Counted from the first letter of the stretch, positions 11,625-24,080 are shown. The stretch: DNA of 64,000 bases from Felis catus (GCF_018350175.1 NC_058368.1:225930001-225994000), one strand, 5' to 3'. Numbers and translations are program-made. Notes: generated by a model from the letters alone, not told the origin.

Positions 11625-11760
11625 TTCTTATGTGAAAATGTGGGCACAGAGATGTTAAATAACCTGTCCCAGTTCACACAGTTATTTATGCAATCAGGAT
11701 TTGAACCCAGTGCCCTAACCCCAGAGCCTGCACTTTTATCCACTCTTGTTATATTGCCTG
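11625..11760 (-). mobile_element. MIR fragment
   Basis: GGCACAGAGATGTTAAATAACCTGTCCCAGTTCACACAG...GGATTTGAACCCAG. Confidence 0.8.
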
Positions 11761-11995
11761 TGAAGAGAAAGGATATTTTCTCAAGAGAAATCTTGCCTGG
11801 GCTACGGACAGAATAGAGTAATAATTTCAGAGACAGTATACCGACAGCTGTAAAGTGAAAGCACCCACTGAGAGGCAGGAATAAAGGATGGGGTGGGGGC
11901 ACTTCTTGACCTTGAATCAATTAGTTGCACCTTAGCTTGACAGTAGTTAGGTGAGCTTTCAGACCCAGAAATCCTGGTATGTAGGGGTACGTTTT

Positions 11996-12230
11996 TTGTT
12001 TTGTTTTTTTTTTTAATTCTTTTTTCAACGTTTATTTATTTTTTTGGGACAGAGAGAGACAGAGCATGAACGGGGGAGTGGCAGAGAGAGAGGGAGACAT
12101 AGAATCGGAAACAGGCTCCAGGCTCCGAGCCATCAGCCCAGAGCCCGACGCGGGGCTCGAACTCACGGACCGCGAGATTGTGACCTGGCTGAAGTCGGAC
12201 GCTTAACCGACTGCGCCACCCAGGCGCCCC
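11996..12230 (-). mobile_element. Can-SINE, youngest feline type
   Basis: Almost identical to 117-340. Perfect 16-bp TSD TGTAGGGGTACGTTTT at 11980 and 12231. Confidence 0.97.
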
Positions 12231-12659
12231 TGTAGGGGTACGTTTTGATGAAGTTCAAAGGTTAGAGAAGAATCGGGGTAACAGTGTACAGTCCCAAGAA
12301 GGGGAAGAACATAAGGGGTGCAGGGGGCAAGCACGGGCATACCCCAACCCCATGAAACAGGTGCAGGAGAGCTGAGCAAGGATGGGGCAGGACTAAGTGG
12401 AGCATGTGAGGAGCGTGCGACGGGTGCACAGGGCCCCTTCCTTCTCTCCAAGGAAGTAGCATCAAAATGGAAGTTGGTAGAATCCCCAAACGCTGCAGCA
12501 TCTTGCTTAATGTTCAGTGGTGTCCATGAGTGTTATGGTTTCTAATTTCTGTGGCGTCTGAATTTGCAGTGCCCTGTTTGTGAATAATCCCCGTTTCCTC
12601 TCATGGCTGACACAGAACATGCCCCATGTTGTTAAACGACATTTGGGCCCTGCCCACGC

Positions 12660-12760
12660 AGTCCAGAGGGCCTTGTCCAAGGTCGCGCCATGATCCACAG
12701 CCGGGATTTGGACTCAAGCCCAGATTCTGACTTCTAAGCCTCTGCTTCAGCCATTACTAG
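12660..12760 (-). mobile_element. MIR fragment
   Basis: CCTTGTCCAAGGTCGC...GGACTCAAGCCCAGATTCTGACTTCTAAGCC. Confidence 0.6.
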
Positions 12761-12845
12761 CTGACGTTCCTTGTTAATTCTCTTTATCCACAAATTTGCA
12801 GGCTTCACAAGCTCCACAGTGAAATTAATTTCTGTAGTAGTGATG

Positions 12846-12846
<1 letters not shown>

Positions 12847-12885
<39 letters not shown>

Positions 12886-12898
12886 TTTTTTTTTTTTT
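12847..12898. repeat. (CT)n followed by poly(T)
   Basis: Directly visible. Confidence 0.9.
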
Positions 12899-13034
12899 GG
12901 TTCAACTGCCCACTGTGGAAAGCCAGGTGATCCTCAGAGATCACTTGGTGTGCTCTGTAGTCTCCGTGCAGTGAATCAGAAGCTGAGCTGTGAGTCTCGG
13001 CACATGCCCATTTCTCCTGTTTTCACACTGGTCT

Positions 13035-13189
13035 TGCTATGGACTGAATGTTTGTGTCCCTCCCAAATTCGTCTGTTGAAATCCGAAGCCCTAATGTGAT
13101 GGTACTAGATAGGGCCTTTGGGAGGTGATTAGGTCATGAGGGGGTAGTCTTCCTGAATAGGATAGTGCTTTTTTTTTAAGTTTATTTAT

Positions 13190-13246
<57 letters not shown>

Positions 13247-13620
13247 CCTAAGCAGGCTTCACACTGTCAGCCTGATCTGGGGCTTGAACTCATGAACCTG
13301 TGAGATCATGACCTGAGCAAAAATCAAGAGTCGGACACTCAACTGGCTGAGCCACCAGGGTGCCCCAGGACTAATGCTCTTATAGGAAGAGACACAAGAG
13401 AGCTTGCTTCCTCTCTCTCTCTCTCTCTCCTCTGCCCCGTGAAGACACAGCAAGAAGATGGCTATCTGTAAAGGTGGAAGAGACTTCTCACCAGAACCGG
13501 ACCATATGGGCACCCTGATCTCAGGCTTCCCAGCCTCCACAAGTGTGAGAAATAAATTTATGTTGCTTAAGCCAGCAGTCTATGGTATTTTTGGAACAGC
13601 AGCCCTAGCTGAATGAGGCA
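13035..13620 (+). mobile_element. MaLR LTR (MLT1A0-like) interrupted by a Can-SINE
   Basis: Starts TGCTATGGACTGAATGTTTGTGTCCC; ends GAGAAATAAATTT...AGCAGCCCTAGCTGAATGAGGCA. Confidence 0.9.
13169..13366 (-). mobile_element. Can-SINE inside the MLT1A LTR
   Basis: SINE body with a long (GA)n; degenerate TSD AGGATAGTGCT / AGGACTAATGCT. Confidence 0.93.
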
Positions 13621-14149
13621 TAACTTTGTGGAATTTGTGGTTCTGTGTGGTAGATGCACTTAAGAATGTAATGCCTTTTCGGGTTTCTCCTGGTACCTTG
13701 AAAGATGCAAAATGCCTTTCGATGTCCTTAAATAGTGACCCAACATGGTGGTATTTGAGTATCTGGACCTTTGCCTCAGAGGTATGTCTAAATAGGTGAA
13801 GACAGTCATTTCCAAAGTAGTACCAGGAGGGATCCTCCAAAGTTCAGGCAGGAAAAATCCTTCCATCCTCCTCATCCAGTCCTGAGCCCCTGGAACGGAG
13901 AACATGGACTGTTTATACAAAAGCATTCTACCCCTACCTCTGCACCAAGGCTTTTCATTTCCTGGGAGATCCAGCTTCCCACTGTGGTATACACATGCCA
14001 GATATGTGACTAGATTCTCCTGAAGATTCTCTCGAAGCTAGTCCTGGCTAAAGAGACCTAAGAGAAAAGGGTACTATATGAAAGAAAGGGTTGCTATCCC
14101 GTGATAAGAGATTCACCGAAAGAAGCACCCATGTTTTTACTGGATGCTG

Positions 14150-14392
14150 TTATGATAGTATACGATGCCTGGATCTTTGGCAGCCATCTTGGGACCCTGA
14201 GGGTAAATATTGCAACATTGTGAGGTGCTGAGTGAAAGAATGGGAGAGCCTCGGATGCCATCTTTGAAGTGTCACGCCAAACTGGGAATCGTCCTTTCTC
14301 TGGTCTCCTTGCTTTACAGGATAAGTGTTCTTATTGTTTGAGCTACTTTTAATTGAATACTTAGGACCTGCAGCTGAAAACATCCCACCACA
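14150..14392 (+). mobile_element. Old MaLR LTR 3' part (MLT1J/K-like)
   Basis: GGCAGCCATCTTGGGACCCTGAGGG...TTCTTATTGTTTGAGCTACTTT...TGCAGCTGAAAACATCC. Confidence 0.6.
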
Positions 14393-14519
14393 CTCTTGCC
14401 CCTTACTTCCCTTACACATTCATTCTCCCCGGAGCTGTGACTAAGGCAGCTCCTTCTTCACAAACATGACCTCATTTTCAGGCTCATTTCTTTTAGCACC
14501 AGGTTTAAAAGCTGCATGT

Positions 14520-14521
<2 letters not shown>

Positions 14522-14565
<44 letters not shown>

Positions 14566-14594
14566 ATGAGGCCTTGATTCACACCCTGTCAGTC

Positions 14595-14625
<31 letters not shown>
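14522..14625. repeat. (AC)21 and (GT)13 microsatellites in inverted orientation, about 35 bp apart
   Basis: Directly visible at 14522-14563 and 14599-14625. Confidence 0.95.
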
Positions 14626-15457
14626 ATGTATTTTAAGTGCCCAGGGACTACTGCTGAAAGGAAGGAAGTATACAGATGTATAGTGACAGTGACGACTGGC
14701 TCTGAGTCATAGCTGGTCTGGGTAATGAATGAGATGGTCCTCAGCTATGTGGGCGGTGGCGGGTCACCTCTATTCAGGGATCGCTCCTGCCTTTCCTGAC
14801 GCTCCCGTCAAGGAGACGTTTGTATTCCATTGACTCAGCACTAGCAGGACAATCCAGCAGGCTGGATTTGCTCTTCAGGGCTACTGATGCCCCAATAATG
14901 GGCTCCGAGCAAGGGACGGGAGGCATTTAGAGGGGGTCAGGAAAGGGGAAGCGCTGCCCTGGATTTACGTGGCCAACTAGATAGATTGTTTCATGCAGGG
15001 CGAAGCTGCGAAGGATGGTGCCTTGGGAGACAGGAGCCATGCGATCCGAGCGAGAGCCAAGCCTGGGACCGCTAGACATTGTCAGCTATGAACCCCGGCA
15101 TTAGGAAGGCAGATCTGCAAGGTCCGGGGGAAAGAACCCGTGAGAGGCTAAGGTTGTCTTGGCTTCTGGAAAAGTGGAGCTTGGAAGAGTTAGTGTAGAG
15201 GATGGGATGGTCTGAGAAGGGCAGGGCCGGGGGTAGGCGTGAAGCCAGGCAGTGGGGAGGAGAAGGACTCAGTCCATTGCAGGGGGAGGAGAGCCACACA
15301 GGAGGGTTTCTGGAACATTACTCATTACGGAAAAGCATAGTCACAGAGAGCAGTCTTTGGTCTGGGCTCCTCACAGGGAAGGAGCACTTGAATGGGACCC
15401 AAGGCTGGAGACAAATGGGAATTACCAGAGAGATGGCTTTTATCAAAATAAAAATCA

Positions 15458-15665
15458 GGGGCGCCTGCGTGGCTCAGTTGGGTAAGCGTCTGACTTCAGC
15501 TCAGGTCATGATCTCGCGTTTGTGAGTTCGAGCCCTGTGTCCGGCTCTGTGCTGACAGCTCAGAGCCTGGAACCTGCTTCGGATTCTGTGTCTCCCTCTC
15601 TCTCTGCCCCTCCCCTGCTCACACTCTCTCTCAAATATAAGTAAACATTTAAAAAATTTTAAAAA
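15458..15665 (+). mobile_element. Can-SINE
   Basis: GGGGCGCCTGCGTGGCTCAGTTGGGTAAGCG...CT tract, A-rich tail. Confidence 0.95.
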
Positions 15666-15805
15666 TGCATCCTGAATCCCACACATTTCCACCCAGCATT
15701 TGGATTCAGGTATTTCAGAGATTCCGATGAATGGGTCCCTAGAATTTATATTTTGAGAGATTTTCAGGTGATTCTAATGATCAGACAGGTCTCAGAACTT
15801 CAGAA
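15666..15805. mobile_element. MER5-like hAT-Charlie MITE fragment
   Basis: CCCTAGAATTTATATTTT...CAGGTGATTCTAATGATCAG. Confidence 0.55.
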
Positions 15806-16784
15806 ATTAGCAGTAACACCGTGGACCCTGGGGGGTTTGGAGCAGGGGGTGGAGGTACGGAGGGTGAGCAGGCAGTCTGGCCTCAGGGGTCGGGTCAAGG
15901 ATAGAAACTCTCTCCTCGGGAGATTACAGAATGACACAACAGGGGGCGGGCCAGCAGCCAGCCTGGAGAGAGCACCCGGACCGGTGGTATGAGGTGTGTG
16001 TGCTGGTGTCTTTGCACCTGAGAAGACGTAAGGTACAGGGGGATCTGCCCGAGGTCCCAACTCCAGGAGGAGGTGGGACTGGGAAGAGGGCCCAGGTTTC
16101 TCTTGTCTGCCACTAACCGTGGCAGGGTGGCTTCAAGGAAGGAGGAACAGACCACTTGCTGTGGATAGTTCAGAGGGCCCTTGAGAAGCCTCGGTTGTTT
16201 GGTTAGAAGAGGAGGAAACATAAACGCTGTGGCTGGTGTTCTTTCCAGAGTTTACCAGTCAACGGCAAGAACTATATTCCCTTGGTTTCTGCAGTAGATA
16301 TTTGGGGTAGCAGTGTGTTAGGCCTTAAGTTAAAATAGCAATTAAAATATTATGCAAAGCATTCCTTTACTTATAACATACTAACTTATTGTAAAGTAGT
16401 TTACGTTCTTCTATGTTGAGTTTAACGAGCGTCTTTCAGAAGAACTGTTAAGAGGCGAGCTCACAGAGAGGAGGCTATGTTGCTTTTTAATAAGCAATGT
16501 AGCTGTCACCAGATGTTATGAAGATTGATTACTAATGCATTTTTAATGCAGATAATTTATTAGATAATAGGGTTTTTCCCCTCTAAGTTTCCAGTAGGAG
16601 GAAATCACTGAGTTTTTCCATTTTAAATTAAAGGCTTTCTACAGTTGGTTTTTCAATAAGCCTTAAAATGGACGATCAAATTCAATTATGTAACAAACAC
16701 ACTTAGGATGGAGCCCACTGCTGATGCTTCTCCCTCATGCTTTTATGTCTGAATTCCAACAAACGTCTTGAGAGCAAGACCCAT

Positions 16785-16862
16785 ACCCTAACCAAGGTGC
16801 CGAGTAGAGCGGAAGTAGTATATAGGAAGTGCTCCATAAATGTTTGCTGGATGAATGAATGT
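16785..16862 (+). mobile_element. L2 3' terminus
   Basis: GTGCTCCATAAATGTTTGCTGGATGAATGAATG. Confidence 0.7.
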
Positions 16863-17096
16863 CATATGCTGTCGTTTTATTGGAAACACTAAAGTCAAAG
16901 ATTTGCCCTGCTAAGTACACTTGTCGTGAGCTTGTTGATCAGTGATGGATTACCCCGCAGGATTCCTACTTCATGTGTCTCTCTTCCAGTGGCCAGGAAG
17001 AGGGCAAAGTGCCGAGGTGAACTTGGACTCAGGTCTCTGTGCTCGGCACACATGGCCGACTCCCTTGCCTACTTGGGTTAAGAATGAATGAGCCCA

Positions 17097-17334
17097 GGGG
17101 CACTTGGGGGGCTCAGTTGGTTGAGTGTCCGACTTTGGTTTGGGTCGTGGTCTCATGGTCCATGGGTTCTAGCCCCACATCGGGCTCTCTGCTGTCAGCA
17201 TGGAACCCCCTTTGGATCCTCTGTCCCCATCTCTGTCTCTGCCCCGCCCCCGATCCCCTTCACCCCACTCGCATGTTCTCTCTCTCTCTCTCTCTCTCTC
17301 TCTAAAAAATAAATAAACATTAAAAAAAAAAAAG
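17097..17334 (+). mobile_element. Can-SINE
   Basis: 17-bp TSD AAGAATGA(A/C)TGAGCCCA at 17080 and 17335. Confidence 0.95.
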
Positions 17335-18028
17335 AAGAATGACTGAGCCCAAATGTATCCCTGTTGTCCTTGCTGAAGGAGTTTGACACTGTTCCTAGCA
17401 ATACCAAATAGTTGACCTATGTTTCAGCTTCATCGAGACGGCTCGTAGAAAATGTCAGAGTGGCCAAGAGCTCTAAAATGACCAAGCTGATGCTCCCACA
17501 ACAATTCTTAAATTTTTACATCTCATGGCAAAGAAACATAAGTTCAGGAAGAATTGTCTCTGGGACACATAGCCTAGTGGGACTTACGGAAAGAAAAAAC
17601 ATTTCCTTGAGTTCTCTTGTTTTATCTTAAAAATGCATGCAAGTTTGCATTGTAAACCATAATGGACCCATTTGCTATAATAAAATAAAACAGAGTAAGC
17701 AAAGCAGAAACTTCCTGAGCATATTTGGTTAATATTGAATTGAGTATAATTTCTGGAAAAGTAGTCTGAGTTGAAAAGAGCTGACGTTGAATATCAGATT
17801 CAGAACCCACTTAATGTTCTGCTCTGACTTGGTTCACAGTTAGTTTGAAAACATAGACTCACATAAAAATGACGACTGCATCTTCTGCTTGCCAAGCTAC
17901 ATCTGGGTAATGACCAACGACAGATGCCCAGAATGCAGCCCCACAGCTGGCATGATGCCACACTGTCCGCCATAGTTTATCCAACCTTGGTGAGTGTCCC
18001 TTACAGAGAGGTTAAGTCATTTGTGTCA

Positions 18029-18633
18029 TATTATGGTTAATTTTTTAATGTTAACTTACTTAGACTGTGGTACCCAGATTTTTTTAATTTTTATTTTAGG
18101 GAGAGAGAGAATGTGTTCGAGTGGGGGAGAGGGAGAGAGGGGGAGAGAGAGAGAATCTTAAGAGGTTCCACATTCAGCATGGGGTCTATTGTGGGGCTCA
18201 ATCCCACAAACCTGGGATCGTGACCTGAGCCCAAATTAGGAGTCAGATGCTCACCAACTGAGCCACCCAGGTGCCCCTCCCAGATATTTCTTCAAACATT
18301 ATTCTAGATGTTTCTGGGAAGTCTTTTTTTTTTTTTTTAAAGAGATTAATGTTTAAATGCATAGACTCCATGATGCAACTCCATGATGGTGGAAGAGAGA
18401 ATTCTACTACCTTCAGATGCAAACTGCAACTCTCCCCTGGGTCTCCAGCCTCCTGCCTACCCCACAGAGTTGGGACATGCCAACCTCCACAACTGAGCCA
18501 GCGAATTCCTTAAAAATGAATCTCTCTCTCTCTCTCTCTCTCTCCCTCCCTCCCTCCCTCCCTCCGCCTACCAATACACACACATACACACATTCTATGG
18601 GTTTTATTTCTCTGGAGAACCCTGACTCATACA
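18029..18633 (+). mobile_element. ERVL solo LTR (MLT2-like), inserted in a MIR and interrupted by a SINE
   Basis: TATTATGGTTAATTTT start, internal CT/CA tract, TCTCTGGAGAACCCTGACTCATACA end. Flanks TGTCA/GGTCA. Confidence 0.85.
18080..18277 (-). mobile_element. Can-SINE inside the MLT2 LTR
   Basis: TSD CCCAGAT at 18073 and 18279. Confidence 0.92.
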
Positions 18634-19031
18634 GGTCATGTGGTGGGCTGAAAGGGTAACTGACTGATTGGCCATCAAGAGAATAGTCATCAAAGAATTT
18701 TTTTCAGAGAGGAAAAATGACCGACAATGCTATTCCTCACCAATGCTGGAATGTTCAATTTATGTATGTGAACTAAGTCACAAAAGTCTTATCACCTCCA
18801 TCATGATGAACTTGTCAAACTTTCATAGCACATCTTCATCACAGCTTTGCCTTGGATTACATGTTTGAGAGAAGTTGTTCTAGATGATCTACTAAGAAAG
18901 CCAGTGAACAAACACTGAGGTTAATTTAATGAATCCAGTTTTCAACCTTTTGTAAAAATGCCCTTTGTTTTCACTTCAAGAAGAAAAACTACCAGTTCAC
19001 CCCCGAGTTCCTAAAATCTGATTTATACCTC

Positions 19032-19135
19032 CTATTGTGACAACTGTCTGGGTTTCCCTGAGACTGGGGTTTTCTGGAATATGGCACTTGGAGTGCTGGC
19101 AACTGGAGAGTCTCATGCAAACTGAGACTTCATAA
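19032..19135. mobile_element. MER81-like hAT MITE
   Basis: GTGACAACTGTCTGGGTTTCCCTGAGACTGGGGTTTCTGG...AGTGCT...GCAAACTGAGAC resembles MER81 as recalled. Confidence 0.6.
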
Positions 19136-22085
19136 GTTTACAACCCTCTGTAGTACACCATGCTTTCAAAACCCCTTCCTTTTCATTACAAATCAGTCTG
19201 AAATAATGAGTCTCCAAGTCAACAATATTTGTTCTTTCGCGGTCGCCCCACTGAATGTGGAAAGAAACTGACGAGGCAGGCAGTCCCTTAAAGAGGTCTT
19301 CGTGAAAGACACAGTAGCTGCTGGCCTTCGGGACGCATGATGGCGCGCCAACATTTTTACTGCTCAAATTAGTCCTGGGCTCTCATTTTCCCTTACTTTT
19401 TTTTTTTCTAGTTGACAAAGCATTAATGAGACTTGCTTTTTTCTGTGGCTATATAATAAGAAGTAGAAAGGACTATGTTTTTCTCAAGTGACATAACCGT
19501 GAGTTCTCGCACACTCTGAGAAATCAGACAAGCCAGGTCCTCCTTCCAGGTGGCCAGCTCCAGTGCTGTGTTCCAGGCACATTTGCATAATTCATTCCCT
19601 CCCCAGGATGTTTCCCAAAACATTAATAATCTCACCCAGTTGCCTGGTAATGCAACAGAACCAAATTAGCAACCCCCTTTCAGCATCCCACAGTGTTTTA
19701 TTCCAGCCTCACGGAAAACACGATATATTTTCCGGTACGGAAAACTGAGGTGCTTCCCGTTTTGTTTGTGTATGGTGTCACAACACCTTTTGAGGGCAAC
19801 ATGTCAAAGTTTTCCTTCAATTGTTGGTAAAATCAGGGTCCCTGAAAATGTGTGATAGACTTAAGGAGGTTGGGGAAGCATTTAGGGTAGTCGTCAAGGA
19901 CAATGGCAGTTGCTCTCACTCTGTTATCCTTAAGGTAAGGGATGGGATGAAACAAAATAATTTTTGAACTAGGATGCAAAAATGACTATATTTGTGGCTA
20001 AGATTTATGAAGTGAGTATGTGTAGTACTTTAGTGGGTACGGCTAATTAAAGGGCTAAAGGCTAGAGAGACAAGAGAGGATTCACAGTACTGGCTGTTGG
20101 TCTCCATAAATGTAAGAAAGATTTCAAATAGGCATGATTGCAACCAATGGAATGAATTGATTGTGTAGACCCTAGACTACAGGGTTCTTGTTTACAGATC
20201 TTTATATGCCCCTCAGCTCCTCACCCAGTGCCCTGTACAAGAAGACGATCAATAATAACGGTTGACGTACCACCAGCAGCTTTAAGTTGTACAAAATAAC
20301 GAAAAGAAATGTGAGGTCTATTGTCACGGTTTCATTGTGTGTGTCAACACCCCGGAAATGCAATTCAAAGAACGTAAAAGTTATCTTGCTGTTCAGGCTG
20401 TTCTTTTACCAAATAAAACCACAGTAAGGAGTCATTTAATTAACAAAATGTAAAGAAGAAAAACTTAGCTGGTGAAGAGGGAGAATAACAATAATCTGGA
20501 AGAGATAATCGGGAAGGGAAGTCAAGCCAGGGAAATATCTGTCAGAGGAAGGTGATACATTTCCACCACCAAGGCAAGGTTGGGTTGCCAATAGGACTTG
20601 GGAACAAATGGAGTAGGAGTCTGTTATAAAACCAACATTTTAAACAATGATATCAGTTATTATGGTGTGGGAGTGAGAGATTGGGAGACAATTTAGGAAA
20701 TGCAGGTAGAAGTCTTCAAATACTTAGAAATATTCTATTTGGCTGCATTTTGACTGTTTATGATAGTATTATTAGTTAAATAATAAATATAATAAATACA
20801 AATGATAGTATTTATTATATGTACATTTGTGATATATTTTGTATTTCTAAAATATTTTAAGATCTTACACTGAAATACCCACTCACACATTAATTAATTT
20901 TTTTATGCACAATATATTGTGAGCACCTGTTGTGTAAGAGGCACAGGGCTGCTTATTTGGAAAATAGTCATTGTCTTTGAGGAGCTCAACACCTAGTGAC
21001 AGAATTCTTGTCACTAAGCGTCTGGGCTCTGCTTGGTAAAGTGGGGTTTTCTTAGGATGTAATAGCATCCGAATGTATGCGGGGTGTGGTTTCTAGAATT
21101 AAATTTTAGCACAGACCAAAGCGTTTCTTTATTCACTGTGATCGCTGGGAGCGCCTAGCATTGCCTGGCACACAGCTGGTGCTTAATGGTACTTATTGAA
21201 GGGAGGGACGAAGGGGCAAGAGGATGCGCGATGCACCTGTTGGAAATTACGGAAGTGCCTAGGCATTGGTAAGATGTCCCCATAGGCCCATGTTCCCTGG
21301 GGACATGGTGTCCCCTCCGTCCTGTGCACCCTCTCCTTGCTTTCTTGTTTCCCTACTGTTGACACCAGCAAGAGCCACTTCCTTCCCTCACAGCTCTCTG
21401 GGGCCAGTCATGCCTGCGGAAAGGACAGTGACCTTCTTCTGAAAGACCCAGAAGCATGGAGCCTTTTTCTCTTCTCCTCTCTGTATTCACGCAATGTTTT
21501 CTTCTCGAAATCCTCTGCTGTTCTCCATACTCCTGTGCCCGTAAGTTTCTCAGTGCGCACAGACCCCTCCTTCCTTTCTTAGGCTTTTGTAGCTAATAGA
21601 CAAACTTAGAAATCAGCCAGAGTGCAAATGTTTGACAAATACCAGGTATGGGTTTCATTTTAACAGTTCCCTGATCCCAAATATGAACTTGGACTTCTAG
21701 GTTCATTGTTTTTATTCATTTAAGTCAGATACTCAAAATGTTTTTGAGTTCTGTTGCTGAATTAGGAAAGGGACATCTGTTTCCTTTGTAAAGGGGCCCA
21801 GCGACTAAATTGGTATTACATTACACACATTAGATTGCAGGATAGGTCACATGTCCTTGAATCAGTCTGGCGGTGATGTAATTCTGATGTGAAACAGCGT
21901 TAGAAATATTGAAGATTTTCCAGATATTTGGAAAATATGTTTATGATCCAGGAGGCTTTTGGACTTCAAGTTCCCGTTAACTTGTTTTTACTTATATCTG
22001 TAGTCAAGTAAGGAATAACTTAAGAAGTGTAGAGAGCATGATTTTATTCCTAAAGATCTACACTGTGCCTCAGAAAGGGATAGTT

Positions 22086-23106
22086 GTAAATAGCTTCATT
22101 TTAGGATCCTGGACCCAATTTCCAATGTGAGGTGAGGGTCTCCCTATGCACAACACCAAGCAATTCTTGGCCAAGAATTCATCTCAATTCTGATAATACC
22201 TACCTACAGATAGCATTGGATTCTGCAGGTTAAGGGCTCAGTCCTTCAAAGATTCCCCCCATTTGGGGTGCCTGAGTGGCTCAGTTGGTTGAGCATCTGA
22301 CTTCAGCTCAGGTCATGATCTGATGGTTTATGGGTTGGAGCCCCACATCGGACTCTGTGCTGACAGCTGGAGCCTGGAGCCTGCTTCAGATTCTGTGATT
22401 CCCTCTCTCTCTGCCCCTCCTCTGTTAGCACTTTGTCTCTGTCTTGCTCTCAAAAATAAATAAATAAACATTAAAAAAATATTCCCCCCATTTACCCCTC
22501 CTTCAGATGCCGTCACAAACCCAACTGTAACTTGTGCTTCTGACCAATCTGTTACAGACTGGAGGTTCCAATGACCTCCTCCCTATGTTTAATTAATTTG
22601 TTAGAGTGACTCACAGGACTCAAGGAAACACTTATCTACATTGACCAGTTTATTAAAGGATATAGTAAAGGATGTGAGTCAAAGCCAGATGAAGGGATGC
22701 ATAGGGAGAGAGATGGGGAAAGGACAGGAACTTCCTTGCTCTCTGCAGGGCACCACTGTCCCCAGATCTCCATGTGTTCACCAACCTGAAAGCTCTCCAA
22801 ACCCATCCTTTTGGGTTTTTATGGAGGCTTCATTGTAGAGTCATGACTGACTAAGGCATTGACCATTGGTGATTGATTCCACCCCCAGACCCTCTCCCCT
22901 CCCTGGAGAGTTCCAATCCTCTAATCACATGGTTGGTCCCCCTGTTAACCAGCCTCTATGCTTAGGTGGGGCCCAAAAGTCCCCTTGGTAACATAAGGCA
23001 CTTTTATTACTCTGAACACTTAGGAAATTCCAAAGGTTTTGGGAGCCATGAGTCAAGAACTGTAGAGAAGACCAAATATATATCTCTTATCAATCACAAT
23101 ATCCAA
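22086..23106 (-). mobile_element. MER21-like LTR interrupted by a SINE
   Basis: GGTTAAGGGCTCAGTCC, CCAGTTTATTAAAGGATA, CCATGTGTTCACCAACCTGAAAGCTCTCC, GGGTTTTTATGGAGGCTTCATT, CTCTAATCACATGGTTGG. Confidence 0.8.
22265..22480 (+). mobile_element. Can-SINE inside the LTR
   Basis: TSD ATTCCCCCCATTT at 22252 and 22481. Confidence 0.96.
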
Positions 23107-23519
23107 GGCTAAGTTTATTTGACCTGTTGTAAGCACTTGGCTTACTTGAGAACACATTTCAACACTTACAGATCCTTTCCTTTCCTCCTTTCTTGAATGA
23201 ACGGCCATTTTCCTCTCTTTTCAAATAGCGAAATTGGCAGGACACATTGATTTTTGGTGAAATCCAGGTGCTCTTCTGATGGGCCATACCACCTGCTGCC
23301 TTCAGGAAAAGAAGTTTCTATGGCATGTGCGCTGAAACATCACTGTTGTTCTTTTTTAGTGATTTTATTACCATAGCATGTGTTTTCTTAAAGAAACGAT
23401 TAAAATATTTATTGAGTTCTTACTATGTGCCAGATGCTATAGTAGGGGTTTTATATATTTTAATTTCAGTTTTGAGATATATATACATATAAATATATAA
23501 TATAAAAATATATATATAT

Positions 23520-23724
23520 TTAAAATTCTTATTTATTTTTGAGAGAGAAAGAAAGAGACAGAGAGAGCACAAGGAGGGGAGGGGTAGAGTGGGCCAGTAC
23601 AGAAGATCTGGAGCGGCCCCGCACTGACAGCAGAGAGCCCAATATGGGGCTTGATTGAACCCACGAACCGTGAGATCATAACCTGAGCCGAAGTCAGAAG
23701 CTCAACCGCCACCCCGGATGTCCC
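23520..23724 (-). mobile_element. Can-SINE (diverged)
   Basis: GAACCCACGAACCGTGAGATCATAACCTGAGCCGAAGTCAG. Confidence 0.9.
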
Positions 23725-23727
23725 TTG

Positions 23728-24080
23728 ATATATGTGTGGTGTGTGTGTGTGTATGTATGTGTATATATATATGTACATATATATATGTATATACATATAT
23801 ATACATACATATATATATACATATATACATATATATGTATGTATACATACATATGTATGTATATACATATATACATATATATACATATATATACATATAT
23901 ACATATACATATACATATATATGTATGTATATACATATATACATATACATATGTATATGTATACATATATACATACATATACATGTATATATATGTATAT
24001 ACATATGTATGTATATATATGTATATACATATATATACACATACATACACACACACACACACACCACACATATATATATA
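23728..24080. repeat. Compound (TG)/(TA)/(CATA)/(CA) microsatellite with inverted-repeat arms
   Basis: Left end ATATATGTGTGGTGTGTG..TATGTATGTG is the reverse complement of the right end CACATACATACACAC..ACCACACATATAT. Confidence 0.95.
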
